Below, piece after piece: positions 54,801 through 55,963 of a stretch of DNA of 55,963 bases. The stretch is from NCBI GenBank assembly GCA_036258075.1, contig DATAEI010000143.1, forward strand, positions 1-55,963, read 5' to 3'. Numbering within the stretch: position 1 is the stretch's first letter; every line of letters starts with the position of its first letter. Made by a program: the position numbers and the translations under genes. Source of the stretch: Gaiellales bacterium (GTDB taxonomy: Bacteria; Actinomycetota; Thermoleophilia; Gaiellales; JAICJC01). The notes beneath the pieces are model-generated. The model was not told where the DNA came from. It saw only the letters and a list, made by a program, of their open reading frames with translations, and made no database searches.

Positions 54801-55963
54801 ATGCTCGAGGGCCACGGGCAGGAGCACCTGCTGCGGTTCTGGGACGAGCTCGAGGAGGGGGAGCGGGAGCGGCTCGCGGCGGAGATACGGGCGCTCGACC
54901 TCGATCTCGTCGACGAGCTGGTCGAGAGCCTGCTCGGCCCGGGCGAGGGAGCGGCCGAGCTGGGCGAGATCGGGCCGCCCGAGGTGGTGCGGCCGTCCGC
55001 CGAGGACGTCGTCGCCGGCCGGGGCATGCTGGCCGCCGGAGAGGTCGCGGTGGTGATCGTGGCCGGCGGGCAGGGCACGCGGCTGGGGTTCGACGGGCCG
55101 AAGGGGTGCTACCCGATCGGGCCGGTCACCGACCGCTCGCTCTTCCAGATCCACGCCGAGAAGGTGGTCGCGCTCGCGCGCAGGCACGGGGCGCCCGTGC
55201 CGCTCTACGTGATGACGAGCCCGCAGAACCACGCCGAGACGGAGGCCTTCTTCGCCGAGCATGACTCGTTCGGCGTCGAGCGGCTGCAGCTCTTCGTCCA
55301 GGGTGAGATGCCGGCCGTCGACCGCGAGCACGGCAAGATCCTGCTGGCCGAGCGAGGCAGGGTCGCGCTCTCCCCCGACGGCCACGGCGGCACGATCCGG
55401 GCGCTCGAGCGCAGCGGCGCCCTCGCCGAGATGGCCGAGAGCGGGATCACGACCATCTTCTACCTTCAGGTCGACAACCCGCTCATCGCCATCGGCGACC
55501 CGGGGTTCCTCGGGGCGCACCGCCGGGCCGCGGCCGAGATCTCGTCGAAGGTCGTGCGCAAGACCGACCCCGCCGAGAAGGTGGGGCTCGTGGTCGTCCG
55601 CAACGGGCGCCAGGAGATGATCGAGTACTCCGACCTGCCGGACGAGCTGGCCGAGCGGCGCGCCCCGGACGGCGGCCTCGAGCTGTGGGCGGGCTCGATC
55701 GCCCATCACGTGATCGACCTCGGGTTCGCCGAGCGGCTGGCGAGTGCGGGCGGGCGGCTGCCCTTTCACCGCGCCGAGAAGCCCGTGCCGTTCGTCGACG
55801 AGCACGGGAGCCTGGTCGAGCCGGCCGTCGCGAACGCGGTGAAGTTCGAGCAGTTCATCTTCGACGCGATCCCGCTCGCGGAGCGCTCGCTGGTGGTCGA
55901 GACCGACCGGGCGACCGAGTTCGAGCCGCTGAAGAACGCCTCGGGCCCGGCGTCGCCCGAGAC
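54801..55963 (+). CDS. UDPGP-family UTP:sugar-1-phosphate uridylyltransferase (UAP1-like), 3' end outside the window
   Basis: My own translation gives MLEGHGQEHLLRFWDELEEGERERL...VVIVAGGQGTRLGFDGPKGCYPIG...YVMTSPQNH...SPDGHGG...YLQVDNPL. It is not in the ORF track because it is open at the window end. Confidence 0.8.
   Translation, partial: MLEGHGQEHLLRFWDELEEGERERLAAEIRALDLDLVDELVESLLGPGEGAAELGEIGPPEVVRPSAEDVVAGRGMLAAGEVAVVIVAGGQGTRLGFDGPKGCYPIGPVTDRSLFQIHAEKVVALARRHGAPVPLYVMTSPQNHAETEAFFAEHDSFGVERLQLFVQGEMPAVDREHGKILLAERGRVALSPDGHGGTIRALERSGALAEMAESGITTIFYLQVDNPLIAIGDPGFLGAHRRAAAEISSKVVRKTDPAEKVGLVVVRNGRQEMIEYSDLPDELAERRAPDGGLELWAGSIAHHVIDLGFAERLASAGGRLPFHRAEKPVPFVDEHGSLVEPAVANAVKFEQFIFDAIPLAERSLVVETDRATEFEPLKNASGPASPE

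Overview
This is a densely coding chromosomal segment with very high G+C. By eye it is above 70%, with third codon positions almost all G/C. It looks Actinomycetota-like, but that is inferred from gene order and composition, not from any search. Almost everything is core metabolism, and I did not recognise a defence island, prophage, CRISPR array, tRNA or rRNA.

Gene content, in order:
- trpE 5' end (minus strand), preceded by a Trp-Trp-Trp leader peptide and an attenuator-like hairpin.
- A short-chain acyl-CoA cluster: thiolase, 3-hydroxybutyryl-CoA dehydrogenase, PduO-type adenosyltransferase, a P-loop ATPase, a split B12 acyl-CoA mutase with the isobutyryl-CoA mutase signature, crotonase, EtfBA and, further on, ETF-QO.
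- A BBE-like FAD oxidase, a large LuxR (LAL) regulator, a DUF4242 protein, an AraC regulator and an FG-GAP protein.
- The conserved housekeeping block ltaE-rpmE-DUF1385-prfA-prmC-tsaC-glyA-upp-wecA-atpI-atpBEFHAG.
- atpDC, then cell-envelope sugar genes (LCP, ugd, a manC-like gene, PGI/PMI), ahcY, mtnA and a truncated UDPGP-family gene.

Observations most worth a second look:
1. The F1Fo ATP synthase operon is split. A 7.9 kb same-strand block lies between atpG and atpD. It holds a peptide-type ABC transporter, two membrane proteins and an orphan ZAS-type anti-sigma factor.
2. A 69-nt patch inside ugd uses A/T-ending codons almost exclusively, exactly over the catalytic GGSCFPKD motif, in an otherwise G/C-saturated gene.
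3. An IS200-like/RAYT tyrosine transposase gene with inverted palindromic flanks sits between upp and wecA.
4. An Arch_ATPase-like P-loop protein, not a MeaB-type G-protein, is translationally coupled to the mutase large subunit.
5. An AtpZ-like small ORF has no canonical start codon.

Many long ORFs in the supplied track are Arg/Pro/Ala-rich shadow frames opposite real genes and were rejected.
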